A program made the position numbers and the translations under genes. From Octopus vulgaris (lineage: Eukaryota): a stretch of 64,000 nucleotides of DNA. The notes under the pieces are model-generated. The model did not search any database and was not told the origin of the DNA. It saw nothing but the letters and a program-made list of their open reading frames with translations. The stretch is taken from the NCBI GenBank assembly GCA_951406725.2, contig OX597818.1, positions 52,514,001 through 52,578,000 on the forward strand, given 5' to 3'. Positions 27,620 to 40,617 of the stretch are shown here, one piece after another (position 1 is the stretch's first letter; each line of letters begins with the position of its first letter).

Positions 27620-27993
27620 CGTAGGTGTGCCTGTGTGATACGCAGCTTGCTTCCCAACCACATGGTTCCGGGTTCAGTCCCACAGCATGGCACTTTGGGC
27701 AACTGTTTTCTACAATAACATCAGGCCTACCAAAGCCTTGCGAGTGGATTTGGTAAACGGAAACTGAAAGAAGCCAGTCGTATACATATGTATATATATG
27801 TATGTATGTATGTATGCACTTGTGTGCTTTGTTTGCGCACCCCACACCGCTTGATAACTGATGTTGGTGTGTTTACGTCCCCGTAAACTAGCGGTTCGGC
27901 AAAAGGAACCGATAGAATAAATACTAGTCTTACAAAGAATAAGTCTTGGGGTCTATTTGTTCGATTAAAGTCAAATGACTCAAACAAATAATA

Positions 27994-27996
<3 letters not shown>
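27620..27996 (+). mobile_element. SINE family A, diverged
   Basis: Recognisable head, internal microsatellite and 3' blocks. Confidence 0.75.
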
Positions 27997-28030
<34 letters not shown>

Positions 28031-28093
28031 AATTGAGATAGGGGTTGTAAATGCAACCCTCTATGGGATAACGTATATCCAATATATTGCTAG

Positions 28094-28708
28094 TCAGAGG
28101 TATGATAAACTACCTGCATCAACTCGCTATAAAAGCAGGTAGTAATTTTACCTCTCCCTTATTCTTAGTGCGAGTTTTGAAGAGTGCAGTTCGATTTTAA
28201 CAGTTATTGTTTCAATGCTATAATAGAAGTGACAAAGCAGCATATTCGGCATATTTTGTTCTATGAGTTCAATAAAGGCAACAACGCAACGGAAAGTGCG
28301 AGGAATATTAATGCAGTATGTGGGGATCGGACAATGGTGGTTCCAGAAATTCCGTGCCGGAAACTACAATCTAGTAGACGAGTCTCGTCCTGGAAGATCT
28401 GTAGAGTTCGACAAGAACGTCCTGCAAACCCTAGTGGAACAAAATCCCATCGTAACTGTTGAGAAACTAGCAGAGAAGCTTGGATTTGGTCATTCAACCA
28501 TTCATCGACACCTGCGTGCCATCGGTAAAGTCAGCAATGGATTCTTCAGAAACTTTGCGTGTCTAATCACGCGCAGAGAGTGAATATGTGTTCTACTTTT
28601 TTATATTTAACCCTACAGTCTCTTATGTGGTGGTTTAATAAAGTATGTGATTGAGTATTATCTGGTAATTGATATTTGATTTAGATGTATTTCTCCATTT
28701 TCTTATCT

Positions 28709-28768
<60 letters not shown>

Positions 28769-29340
28769 TGTGTGTGTGCGTGTGTATGTGTGTGTATTGG
28801 TACAACCCATAAATAATGCGGTTTTATCAATTGCATGAGCTAAAAGTCAGAGGGGTATGGGATAAACTACCTGCATCAACTCGCTATAAAAGCAGGTAGT
28901 AATTTTACCTCTCCCTTATTCTTAGTGCGAATTTTGAAGAGTGCAGGTCGATTTTAACAGTAATTAATTTCAATGCTATAATAGAAGTGACAAAGCAGCA
29001 TATTCGGCATATTTTGTTCTATGAGTTCAATAAAGGCAACAACGCAACGGAAAGTGCGAGGAATATTAATGCGGCATATGGGGATCGGACAATAAGCGTA
29101 AGCCAGTGTCAATGGTGGTTCCAGAAATTCCGTGCGGATGTCTTATTGTTGTCTGTTACGTTTTCGCTCCATTTTTTGGCTTTATATATAGATATAGCGG
29201 TGTACGCGCACTTTTGCTCGCCTTATAAGCAAGTATGTGGAACAAAATCCCATCGTAACTGTTGAGAAACTAGCAGAGAAGCTTAGATTTTGTCATTCAA
29301 CCATTCATTGACACCCTGCGTGCCATCGGTAAAGTCAGCT
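28094..29340 (+). mobile_element. Two 5' remnants of one mariner family (about 28094-28590 and 28797-29340)
   Basis: TKQHIRHILFYEFNKGNNATESARNIN...WWFQKFR.G...DE.R.GR (mariner N-terminal HTH); left TIR TA|TTGGTACAACCCATAAATAATGCGGTTTT at 28797. Confidence 0.85.
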
Positions 29341-29934
29341 ACTTCTCGTTTATCTCCCTTGTACCTTTATGTCCCTTTGATTTACTCTAATCTCGTTTTC
29401 CCCAGAGAGTGAATCCCTCTGCCTCCTACCTTTCGCCTTTCCTTCCACGTGACCGCTGTTCAGCCAAGCATGATCTTTCTTTCTTGGCTCGACTGCCAAC
29501 CGCGAAGTATCTCTTATATTCCTGTCTCATGACTTTTGTCTCTTATGTTAATCTCCTATGTTCCTGCTTCACGGCTTTCACTCTACGTACTCCAGCTCAA
29601 CTTGATTAGTCTTTATTAGTCAAAAGACGCCTGTTGTTATTTTCTTGTTGTTTGTATTTGTAATTTGTATAACATTTTCTCCGTTTTTTGTCTTCGTTGT
29701 CGTACAGATCCGCTTGCTTTCTCACAAAAAATTAAATGCTCTTAGCTTAGATTTTCGTGGCCAGCCGGATTTGAAGTCTCAAGTGTAACCGGCCGAAACT
29801 GTAAGGATGATTTGGAAAGTTGACTGATGAGGAAAGACTGCGAATGACCCGCCCTTGTTTTTACCTGTTTTTATATCATCTATTTGTCCGGATGTTTTAT
29901 TGTCGTCTGTTTCGCTCTTGTTCCATTTTATTTT

Positions 29935-29994
<60 letters not shown>

Positions 29995-29995
29995 C

Positions 29996-30854
29996 GCGAA
30001 GGCTGATCAATAAGTACCCGGACTGTGGCCTTAGTAACAAAGCCGCTTGTCATAGATTGACTTTGAACTCTGCTGTGCATGCGCACTAAGTTTTGACGTT
30101 CTAGCTCACTTCCGTTGTTTACAGCAGTGCTTGGAAGGAAGGTGTGTAGCGTGCGATCGTCACATTGACCATGATGGAGAAAGTTGTCATGGTGATACCT
30201 TCTCAGAGGCTTACACAAAGTTGCAGAAAGTGTATGCAGAGGTGTGTATGTGCTGCACACAAGTCTACGTGTGGTTTAGACGCTTCCAAGATGGCCAAAA
30301 AAATGTCGATATTGACGAACGTTCTGGGAGACCCACAACCGGCAGAACTGAGAAAAAATTCGCAGATGTGCGTGCAGCTGTGAGGGGAAATCGTCGAATC
30401 ACCATCCGTGAGTTATCAGAGGATGTGCAGATTAGTTACGGTTCAGTTCAGTCCATTATCACTGAAGATTTGGGTATGAGAAGCGTGTCTGCCAAGTTTG
30501 TGCCAAAACTGCTTTCAGCTGACGAAAAAGCCACTCGGGTTTCAGCTACACAAGATTTTCTTGATTGTGTCGAGAACGATGAAAACGTTTTGAAAACTTT
30601 GTGTAGGTCTCTGAGCAGGTATCGCCAAGCTTTTAGTAAAATTTGATGCAGATTCTCTGCTCAACTTTCTCTGTTATGGTCAATGCGACGATCACACACT
30701 ACACACCTTCCTTCCAAGTACTGCTGTAAACAGCAGACGTGGGCTAGAGCGTTAAAACTTAGTACGCATGCACAGCATCTGTGCTGAGCGGCTTCACTCT
30801 CTGTACTTCAGCGTCGTTACTATAGTAACTGTCCGGATTTTTATTGATCAGACT
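29996..30854 (+). mobile_element. Mariner derivative with transposase N-terminus and long fold-back arms
   Basis: ORF 30131..30646 has VWFRRFQDG..DERSGRP...IRELSE...SAKFVPKLLS; about 30596-30852 is an inverted copy of the left end. Confidence 0.85.
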
Positions 30855-30888
30855 ATACATATATATATACAGGTATGTATGTATTTAT

Positions 30889-31295
30889 TAGGAGTGGCTG
30901 TGTGGTAAGTAGCTTGCTTAACAACCACATGGTTCCGGGTTCAGTCCCACAGCGTGGCACCTTGGGCAAGTGTCTTCTACTATAGCCTCGAGCCGACCAA
31001 AGCCTTGTGAGTGGATTTGGTAGACGGAAACTGAAAGAAGCCCGTCGTATATATGTATATATATATATGAATGTGTATGCATATGTTTGTGTGTCTGTGT
31101 TTGTCCCTCCAACATCGCTTGATATCCGATGCTGGTGTGTTTATGTCCCCGTAACTTAGCGGTTCGGCAAAAGAGATCAGTAGAATAAGTACTAGGCTTA
31201 CGAAGAATAAGTCCTGGGGTATATTTGCTCGACTGAAGGCGGTGCTCCAGCATGGCTGCAGCGAAATGTCTGAAACAAGAAAAAGAGTAAGAGTG
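30889..31295 (+). mobile_element. SINE family A
   Basis: Near full-length copy. Confidence 0.85.
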
Positions 31296-31591
31296 TGAAA
31301 GTGTGTAATATTTTTTTTTTTTCATTTTCATTTCCTAAATTCATTTACAGCGTAAGATTATTATTAGTTATGGAAATTATGCATCATTTATACACGTCAT
31401 ATTTCTTCGTTCTGAAGAAAATACCATTTTAGTTAATGCTATTTTGCTTCCGTCCTAGAACTCTTCCTTTTTATTACTCACGATCATAAGGTTGTGAGTT
31501 CGATTCCAGGCGGCACCTTGTGTCCTTCAACAAGACAATTTATTTCAAGTTACTCGAGTCCACAAATCTGCCAAAAATTAGTGGTATTTGT

Positions 31592-32035
31592 AGTTAAGTT
31601 AAGTTAAGTTAAGTTAATTTTTTGGTTCAAAAAGCAAAAAAGCAAGGCCATGTAGGTGGACATGGAGTTATGTACAGGGTGGTGTTCATACAAAGAGTTC
31701 AGGCCATTTGTGGTCAAGGGAGACTTTGAACCGAGCGGCCGTTGGCATCTTCACCATCTCGTCTGGCAGCTTATTCCACGGATCCGCAACCCGGACTGAG
31801 AAAGCCCCTCTCCTTCGATTGAGATGGAATCTTCGCAGATAGAGCTTTTCGGAGTGACCCCGCAGCCCACACTCTGGAGCAGGAGTGAAGAACAGCTCTT
31901 TCGAGAGGTTACACTTTCGACTTATGATGTTGTGAGCAAGAATGAGATCACCATGGCGTCGTCGTTTTTCTAGAGAATAAAGGTCGAGCGTCTTCAGCCT
32001 TTCTTCATAAGACAAATGCTTGAGACCAAGAACCA
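31592..32035 (-). mobile_element. CR1-clade LINE 3' end with (TAACT)n tail, inserted into an older SINE
   Basis: ORF 31686..32036: LSYEERLKTLDLYSLEKRR..GDLI...RGHSEKL...FSVRV..WNKLP; host SINE pieces at about 31477-31591 and 32036-32168. Confidence 0.9.
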
Positions 32036-32756
32036 ATCGAAAAGACTAGCCTTGTCATATTCTGTGTCACGCTAAATCTCCCTGAGATCTACACTAAGGG
32101 TATGCGTGTCTGTGTAGTACTCAGCCACTTGCACGTGAATTTCTCGAGGAGGCTGTTCCGACGGAGTGACAATATATGCATTATGGATGATGTAGGGGAG
32201 CTCTTTGTGAAAAGGGTGTTCGACCCACAGTTATAAGGACTTAAGTTCAATTCCTGGATCGGGTAGCGGATTATGACCTTGAGCACGATACTTGTAACAT
32301 GATTTCAGTCTATTCAGCTGGAAATGGGTTGGGGCCCGGGGCTCGTACAGCTGTCTTTTTCTCTACCTTCAGCTGTCACATCCTAAATACCTCTGATTCA
32401 AAGGCGAGGAGATCTGAGAGGGTGCATATGTGTGCTGGCTACTACACAGGGCCTAAAATAGTTACTAAAAGCGTGTTGCCAAGCCATTCTCGCTCGCCAG
32501 TAACAGATGTTGTCTGTACTGTTGTCTGTACTGTTCTGTACTGTTTACCAAAGATGAAGAAGAAGAACTGGAAAGAAAAAAATTACAGGTAAGAGACATG
32601 AAAATACAAAATCAATAACAGATAGATGAATAAACAAATGCATGGAGATAGAAAGAAGAAAATACAAACAGAACAAAAAAAAAAAAAACGAATTGAGGTC
32701 CATCGCGAATAAAAGCATTTCTTGATGTGTTATGGTGCATATAATTGCAAAATTTA

Positions 32757-33243
32757 TTGCGTTGGTGCATAATTATTGCAGTTTTTTTCAACTAATTTTT
32801 TTCAACAAAAACAATAACAATATTTAACAAAACATTTTTAAATAACTTATTTCTTTACTACCCACAAGGGGCTAAACGCAGAGAGGACAAACAAGGACAG
32901 ACAAACGGATTAAGTAGTTTATATCGACCCCAGTGCGTAACTGGTACTTAATTCATCGACCCCGAAAGGATGAAAGGCAAAGTCAACCTCGGCGGAATTT
33001 GAACTCAGAACGTAACGGCAGACGAAATGCCGATGAGCATTTCGCCCGGCGCGCTAACGTTTCTGCCAACTCGCCGTCTTACATCTTTAAATGACCGTCT
33101 GCCAAGCAAATGGGAAGCAGTAATTGAAGTAGATGGTGGATATGCTCCGGAATAATCATTTAAAGATGTTTTTGTTACATGTTGCTATTTTTGTTGAATA
33201 AAATTTGTTGCAAAAAAGCCACAATAATTATGCACCAACCCAA
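32757..33243. mobile_element. Hsmar1/MADE-like mariner MITE interrupted by a family B SINE (about 32848-33080, minus strand)
   Basis: TA-flanked TIRs TTGCGTTGGTGCATAATTATTG / CAATAATTATGCACCAACCCAA. Confidence 0.85.
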
Positions 33244-34244
33244 TAGATAGAGATAATGGGGGTTTCCAACGGAACCAGGATTTTAATAGTCCATTTGCAT
33301 GAACGTATGATTGAGGGTAGAAATGTTATAGAAGATAAGCTTTATAGGTGCAGGTGTGGCAGTGTGGTAGGAGACTGCTTTCTAATTTCATGGTTTCGGG
33401 TTCATTCCTATTGCGTGGCGCCTCGGGGGCAAGGGTTTTCTGTTTTAGCCTCGGAACGACCACTTTGTGAGTGAATTTGTAGGCGGAAATTGAAAGAAGC
33501 CTGCTATAAATGTACACACACACATACACACAAACACACATATATATATTTATTGAGAGCGAAACATCTATTCGAACTGTTGAAACTGTTGTTTATTTAG
33601 AGAAGAGAATTGGTTAGCAGGAAAGGACAACCAGTGAACAGTCTACATTTGGGGAGTTTCGATAAGTCGAAGAAATCGCGACGGTATCTTCTCAGGTTAA
33701 CAGATTATACTCTTTTACAGGTTTCACCATCGCCTTTAAAGATGTTCTTGCTACATGTTGTTATTGTTTATGCATTATCTACATCATTTTGTTAACACAA
33801 CATTTGGGCTCATATAACCTCCAGACTTCATCAGGTGCCTTTGGGAAATTTCGAACTTAAGGTACTTTCGATGCTACTATCATTATCCAGGTCACTGCCT
33901 GGAATCGAACTCGGAATCTTGGGGTTAACCACTACGCCATATACCCGTGAACAATTATGGAGTGAATTTTAGGGCTTATAAATCTAATATTTTTCTATCC
34001 TTCCTTAATACCAGATCTCATATGCTGCTCATATCTGCACTCAGTCTGCTTAGGAGGTTGTTGTGTCCTAGCATATGTGCTGCTTCTTGTAGTTTACGTA
34101 TATTCCAGTGTTGTTCTCTGTCTATTATTTTAACTTCATCCCACTGGGGGAGGTGGTCTCCGTTTTACCATATATGATCAGCTCTATCCGTCAAACGTAA
34201 ATAATGTGCATAATTCCTCATATCTTAAATATAGAACTGTATCA

Positions 34245-34401
34245 TTCTTTCTAAGCCTAGTGCTTACTCTATTGGTTTTCTTTTGTCGAGCCGCCAGGTT
34301 TCGGGGACATAAACACACCAACATCGGTTGTCAAGCGATGGTGTGAGGGACAAACACAAATAAAAATACACAGTACACACACACACACGCACACACACAC
34401 T

Positions 34402-34439
<38 letters not shown>

Positions 34440-34675
34440 ATAGAAATATGTTACAAAAAGAAAATGGAAACTACACGTGAAAATGTAAGGGGAAAGTAAA
34501 AACAAAAATACGACTGACTTCTTTCAGTTTCTGTCAACCAAATCCACTCACAAGGATTTGGTTGGCTTGAGGCTATAGAAAAAGACACTTGCCCAAAGTG
34601 CAACGCAGTGGGACTGAACCCGGAACCATGTGGTTGGGAAGCAAGCTCCTTACCACACAGCCACGCCAGCGCCTG
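34245..34675 (-). mobile_element. SINE family A, diverged, with internal insertion
   Basis: Head at about 34675; 3' blocks at about 34245-34350. Confidence 0.7.
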
Positions 34676-35088
34676 TAAATATCAAACGCTTAGGAAAATA
34701 GTAAAGGAGTGCTACTTTTGGTATGCGATCTACATAGCCAACGTAATCTACAAGAGTCAAATTCTACTTTAGTATGCGATCGTTTCATTTCATGTTTCAT
34801 TTATTTATTATGGTTTAAATAAAACATTCTTACATTTTTGTACATTTATTTAAAAAAAAAACAACAACTTAAAATGAAGCAGATTTGAAACAAGTTTACT
34901 AAATTTATGGGTGAATCGAATGAACAGGCGAATCGAACGAGCATCAGCTAGAAAACTAAAAAAATAGATAATTTAAAATTTTTGTAAGTTATGTCGTATG
35001 TAAACAAACAAGTTTGTTTTCGAAGCGTTGAAATGTACTGTAGAACAAGTAGACAGATAAATTCTATTTAACGCGAAGACACTAAACA

Positions 35089-35135
<47 letters not shown>

Positions 35136-35168
35136 AAGTTAATCCAAACAAGAAAGCACAAAAAAAAC

Positions 35169-35217
<49 letters not shown>

Positions 35218-35474
35218 TTACAGATGGAGAAGAACATACCACCACCATGTTCTTAATGACGAAATTAACCTCTCTGTCTATATATATCTACCCTCTTTGT
35301 AATGTTGGCAAATGAAATAAGTATAAGAATGTGCATTGTCCGTTTAATTAAAAAAATTCTATATGTGACTGAAAATTGCTCGACTTTTTAAAACTGATGT
35401 AATACTTACAGTGTTTAATAAAATGAAGTAGCATGAAACAATTGTACTACACTACCTTGGATATCCTTGTTGCT

Positions 35475-35512
<38 letters not shown>

Positions 35513-35739
35513 CTTATAAATAAGTTATATATATAAATTTTTCACAATAAATTTTTCACAATAAATGTTTCACAATTATATGGTTATGGACAATATGTCC
35601 AATTTTCGGCATACTTGGCATTAGAAATTTTTTCGTTTGCTCTTATTTATAAGTTGTTTATAATCTTAACCGTTAAAGGTATTTTTTTAATATGCTGGCC
35701 ATTGATAAGAATTTTTTTTTCGAAAAAATTTTATCCTAC

Positions 35740-35774
<35 letters not shown>

Positions 35775-35918
35775 AAAGGTAAAATTCTTTTTTTTTTAAA
35801 CAGAAAAAGTATTCCATCCTTTATATATATTCTGTTCAGTATCGACGCGTTGAATAAAATTTCTTTCTATTTGTTCTAAAATTGTTATGCATTTTATACA
35901 TTTATTATTAACATTTAT

Positions 35919-36229
35919 GTGGAGGCACATAGCCTAGTGGTTAGAGCAGCGGACTCGCGGTCGAAGGGATCGCGGGTTCGAATCTGAGACCGGGCGACAT
36001 GTGTGTTTATGAGCGAAACATTTGAGCTCCACGTGGCTCTCGCAGAAGGTAATGACGAACTTCTGCTGACTCTTTCGCTACAACTTTCTCTCACTCTTTC
36101 CTCCGGCATCTTGCAGCTCACCTTCGAAGGACTGGCATCCCTTCCAGGTGGGTTACCAATATGCCAATGAAACCGGGAAACCGGCCCTTATGAGCCAGGC
36201 ATGGCTCGAGAAGGAACAAAAACAACAAC
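35919..36229 (+). mobile_element. tRNA-derived SINE (family D head, different 3' region, (CAA)n tail) with about 15-bp TSD
   Basis: TSD ATTATTAACA(T/C)TTAT at 35904-35918 and 36230-36244. Confidence 0.85.
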
Positions 36230-36608
36230 ATTATTAACACTTATGCTTCATACTCTCTGACCAGATATTCTCTCGAGATCGATACAGGTGTTTTCCTTGT
36301 TATTGATGAATATAACTTTTCTTATTGTTGATCACAATGTTAAGCGTAGCCCGCATACCAAAGCACTTTCGTGACACTTCGATCCCATCCTAAAATAGCA
36401 TCGAGCGTGGAGCTTCGTTGTTTCGCTCATAAACACACACGTCGCCCGGTCTGAGATTCGAACCCGCTATACCCTTGACTGCGAGTCTGCTGCTCTAACC
36501 ACTAAGTTATGTGCCTCCGCATAAGTGTTAATAGTAAATATATAAAATGTATAAAAATTTTAGAACAAGTAGAAAGATAAATTTTATTCAACGCGTCGAT
36601 ACTGGACA

Positions 36609-36663
<55 letters not shown>

Positions 36664-36669
<6 letters not shown>

Positions 36670-36888
36670 AAAAAGCACCATCCGTTCGTGGCCGTTGCCA
36701 GCCTTGCCTGGCCCCTGTGCCGGTGGCACGTAAAAAGCACCCACTACACTCACGGAGTGGTTGGCGTTAGGAAGGGCATCCAGCCGTAGAAACATTGCCA
36801 GATCAGACTGGGCCTGGTGCAGCCTTCTGGCTTCCAGACCCCAGTTGAACCGTACAACCTATGCTAGCATGGAAGGCGGACGCTAAAC

Positions 36889-36920
<32 letters not shown>
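36664..36920 (+). mobile_element. 5'-truncated SINE 3' part with RTE-type block and (GAT)n tail
   Basis: GGTTGGCGTTAGGAAGGGCATCCAGCCGTAGAA block; GAT tail. Confidence 0.65.
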
Positions 36921-36921
<1 letters not shown>

Positions 36922-36944
36922 ATATATATATATATATATATATA

Positions 36945-36978
<34 letters not shown>

Positions 36979-37157
36979 CACCAAGTAAGTTAGGGGTTAT
37001 GGATCCAACCCAATGAGGGATTTTTATTTGGATCATCATTTTGTGCGTTTGGTTCCATTAAAAATAATTATAATCTGACGCAGCAGTAGATTATACATCC
37101 AGCAAACCAGGTGCAATCGATTTTGTTACCTTACCTCATGCAAGCTGTTCTTCGTAT

Positions 37158-38022
37158 ATTCTTTTCTACTCTAGGCACAAAGCGCGAATTTTTTTTTTTG
37201 GGGGGGGGTCAGTCGATTAGATCGACCCCAGTACGCAACTTGTATTTGATTTATCGACCCCCGAAAGGATGAAAGGCAAAATCGACCTCGGCGGAATTTG
37301 AACTGAGAACGTAAAGACAGACGAAATACCTATTTCTTTGCTACCCACAAGGGGCTAAACACAGAGTGGACAAACAAGGACAGACAAACGGATTAAGTCG
37401 GTTACATCGACTCCAGTGCGTAACTGGTACTTAATTTATTGACCCCGAAAAGATGAAAGGTAAAATCGACCTCGGCGGAATTTGAACTCAGAACGTAACG
37501 GCAGACGAAATACGGCTACGCAATTCATCCGGCGTGCTAACGATTCTTTTCTACTCTAGGCATAAGGCCCGAAATTTTATGGGAGGGGGACAGTCGATTA
37601 GATCGACTCCAGTACGCAACTGGTACTTAAGTTATCGAGCCCGAAAGGATGAAAGGCAAAGTCAACCTCGGCGGAATTTGAACTCAGAACGTAAAGACAG
37701 ACGAAATAGCACTTCGCCAGGCGTGCCAACGTTTCTTTCAACTTGCCGCCTTCGTATATTGGTCCTTCACATATGTAGTTTGACCCTTGAAAATAATTAT
37801 ATCTTTCTTTATTACCCACAAGGGGCTAAACATAGAGAAGACTAACAAGGACAGACAAACGGATTAAGTCGATTACATCGACTTCAGTGCGTAACTGGTA
37901 CTTAATTTATCGACCCCGAAAGGATGAAAGGCAAAGTCGACCTCGGCGGAATTTGAACTCAGAACGTAACGGCAGACGAAATACGGCTACGCATTTCGCC
38001 CTGCGTGATAACGGTTCTGCCA
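37158..38022 (-). mobile_element. SINE family B multimer cluster (about 4 units, two alternative tails)
   Basis: Repeated consensus blocks. Confidence 0.85.
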
Positions 38023-38214
38023 ATAATTATAATTCGATAATTCAGGAGGGTTTAAGCGAAATAATCGACCCCAGTAATTATTTTTGAGTCCCGTACTTAT
38101 TCCAACGTTCTCTCTTGTCTAACCATTAATTTACAGGGACTTTAACAAACCAGCATCAGAGGGGAGAAGGGCAAATAGAAACAGGCACACACATGTATAT
38201 ATGTATGTGACGGG

Positions 38215-38447
38215 AAGGTGGCGAGCTTGCAGAAACGTTAGTACGCTGGGCGAAATGCGTAGCCGTATTTTGTCTGCCTTTACGTTCTGAGTTCAAATTC
38301 CGCCGAGGTCGTCTTTGTCTTTCATCCTTTTGGGGTTGATAAATTAAGTACCAGTTACGCACTGGGATCGATATAATCGACTTAATCCGTTTGTCTGTCC
38401 TTGTTCGTACCCTCTGTGTTTAGCCCCTTGTGGGCAATAAAGAAATA
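38215..38447 (+). mobile_element. SINE family B nested in a degraded family A copy (about 38060-38610, minus strand)
   Basis: Family A-like blocks on both sides. Confidence 0.75.
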
Positions 38448-39488
38448 AATATGTATGTTTCCACACAGTTTTAGTCTATCAAATTCACTCACAAGGCTTT
38501 AGCTGGCCCGTGGCTATAACAGAAGGAAACACCCAAGTTACCACGTAGTGAGGCTGAACTCGAAACTGCGTGACTGCGGTTCAAAGCAAGTTTTTGAACC
38601 ACACAGACATAACTACGCTACTTCCCCGCTTTTTTTTTTGTCTGAAGATTACCCGCCTAATCGCCTTTGTTAATAAGACAGTTGATCGTGTATTTAAAGT
38701 GTAGAAAAGAAAAAAAAAAGTGGGATGATTGCAGCTGTAATGCATTAGACACATTGGATAATGTGGTCCCAGATATAATAGCTTGAAAAAACAAAATACG
38801 TGATCGAGGGTTGAATGTGTTTGAGAGTGGGTCTGTTTGATCGTACCCACCTGAGGCTAAACAATAATAAATTTTAGAAAAAAGAAAAACACAAAAGTCA
38901 AACAGAAGAAATGAAATAGGTATATTATATGTACCCGCTCACACCACTACAGCCAGACGTTGCCATGTTTTTATTATCTTCGTTATTTTCGCTAAAAGTT
39001 ACCCGCCTTGTCTATATAAGCCTCACCCATTCTGTTTTCGAGACAATAACTGATTGTCAGGTCAATGACCGTTCAAATCCCTAAACCTTCGTTCATTTAT
39101 GCGATAAAGATATTAAATCGCTCGTCATCAGTAGCCGGATATAGGATGCATTTCAACTAACCTAATTCTCACTCGGACAGGAGTACATTTAAACCTTTTG
39201 CGTAACCAGTCTCTTAATGTCTGATAAATTCAAAACATAAAAATAAGGACTTCTTTCTCTTTCTCTCTCTCTCTCTCTCTCTCCTCCTACCCTCTCTTTC
39301 ATTGTTTATCTCAGCATCCCACTATTCCTTCCCTACTTTCTTCTCCTCCTACCCGCTCCTATTTTCTTATTTCTCCGTCGCCGCCTTGTTATTTGTTTCT
39401 GAACTTTATCTGTTTTTTTTTCGCCTTTTAATAATCCGTCTCTCCACATCTGGCTCTCTTTTCGTTTCTCCTCTCTTTATTCTTTCTC

Positions 39489-39604
<116 letters not shown>

Positions 39605-40081
39605 TATTTATTTATTTCTCTATTTCTTCCCCTTCTCTTTCATTCATTTTCTTTTCTCTCATCTCTTTCTTTGCTCTCCACGTATTTTCTCTTATATTTT
39701 CCTTCTCACCGCCTGTTTTCTTCATTAGAATGAGTTTTTTTCCTTAAAATTTTTGCTTTTGTCTTTCAGACATTTTCTCAATTCCATTTGCTCTTACTTT
39801 CTACCATTTTCTTTATCTCTCTATATCTACCACATTAACGATTCCTTATCTTTTGTCTAACTCTGCTCTACCCGCCCCCCTCTCTCCCCTTTCTCTTTCT
39901 CTTTTACATACAGACTATTTCTCGCTTACTCATGGTATTTCCTAAACTTTGTCATATCTCTCTCTCTCGCTCAAATATGCGAGCGTATGTGTGTGTTTAT
40001 TCGTGTGAGGGCATATGATTGTTAAAGATGTAAACAAATTGGCTACTAGTTTCTCTGGGGTTAGTCAAATTGATGTAGACG

Positions 40082-40122
40082 CCTCTGATGAGAATCTAAC
40101 AAGATTCAAAAATCGATTAAAG
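40082..40122 (+). ncRNA. Minimal hammerhead motif with GAAA->AAAA mutation
   Basis: CTGATGA-GAATCT(AACA)AGATTC-AAAA-ATCGAT-TA. Confidence 0.55.
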
Positions 40123-40546
40123 GGATCTTTTCGGTTTGAACGGCAGTTTTTTCTAGCGGTGTCATATGAAATTGTCACCCATAATTATGACCCTAGTATC
40201 AATCTATTGCGTTTCAATCTATTTCAGGGTTAGGGTTAGGGTTTGGGGTGGGGGAAGGTATCTTTCTTTCTTCAGAAATGTAAATAAACCCAATTTGTTT
40301 CTTAAACGAGGGACATATTCATACGGTACAGAATGTTTTTTAACTCTATAGACGTCACTGATTGGTTGAAATTGCAGAAATTGAAGAAAAAAAGCAACAA
40401 ATATCTTACAAACCATAGAATTTTTCTCAATAAAGCTAAGAGAAAAAGATGTTTTATAAACACATTCTACCAGTATACGAAGTTTAAAAGTGTTTAGTTA
40501 CGTGGAAATTATTTTTAAAAAACTGCCGTTCAAACCGAAAACATCC
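40123..40546. mobile_element. MITE with GGATC.../...ATCC TIRs and 8-bp TSD (Merlin-like)
   Basis: TIR of about 30 bp GGATCTTTTCGGTTTGAACGGCAGTTTTT; TSD GATTAAAG at 40115-40122 and 40547-40554. Confidence 0.85.
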
Positions 40547-40617
40547 GATTAAAGTTGTTCATCATGTTTTCAATCTTCAGAGAAACAGCCAAATTAACCC
40601 TGTTCATAAAGGTACTA

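Noticed and set aside
33256-33325. Host helicase exon (GVSNGTRILIV)
   Set aside because: A tiny fragment resembling the Helitron PIF1 GL.NGTRL motif, between repeats; more likely transposon debris.
40224-40243. Telomere or interstitial telomeric site
   Set aside because: Only about 3 TTAGGG-like units, inside a MITE.
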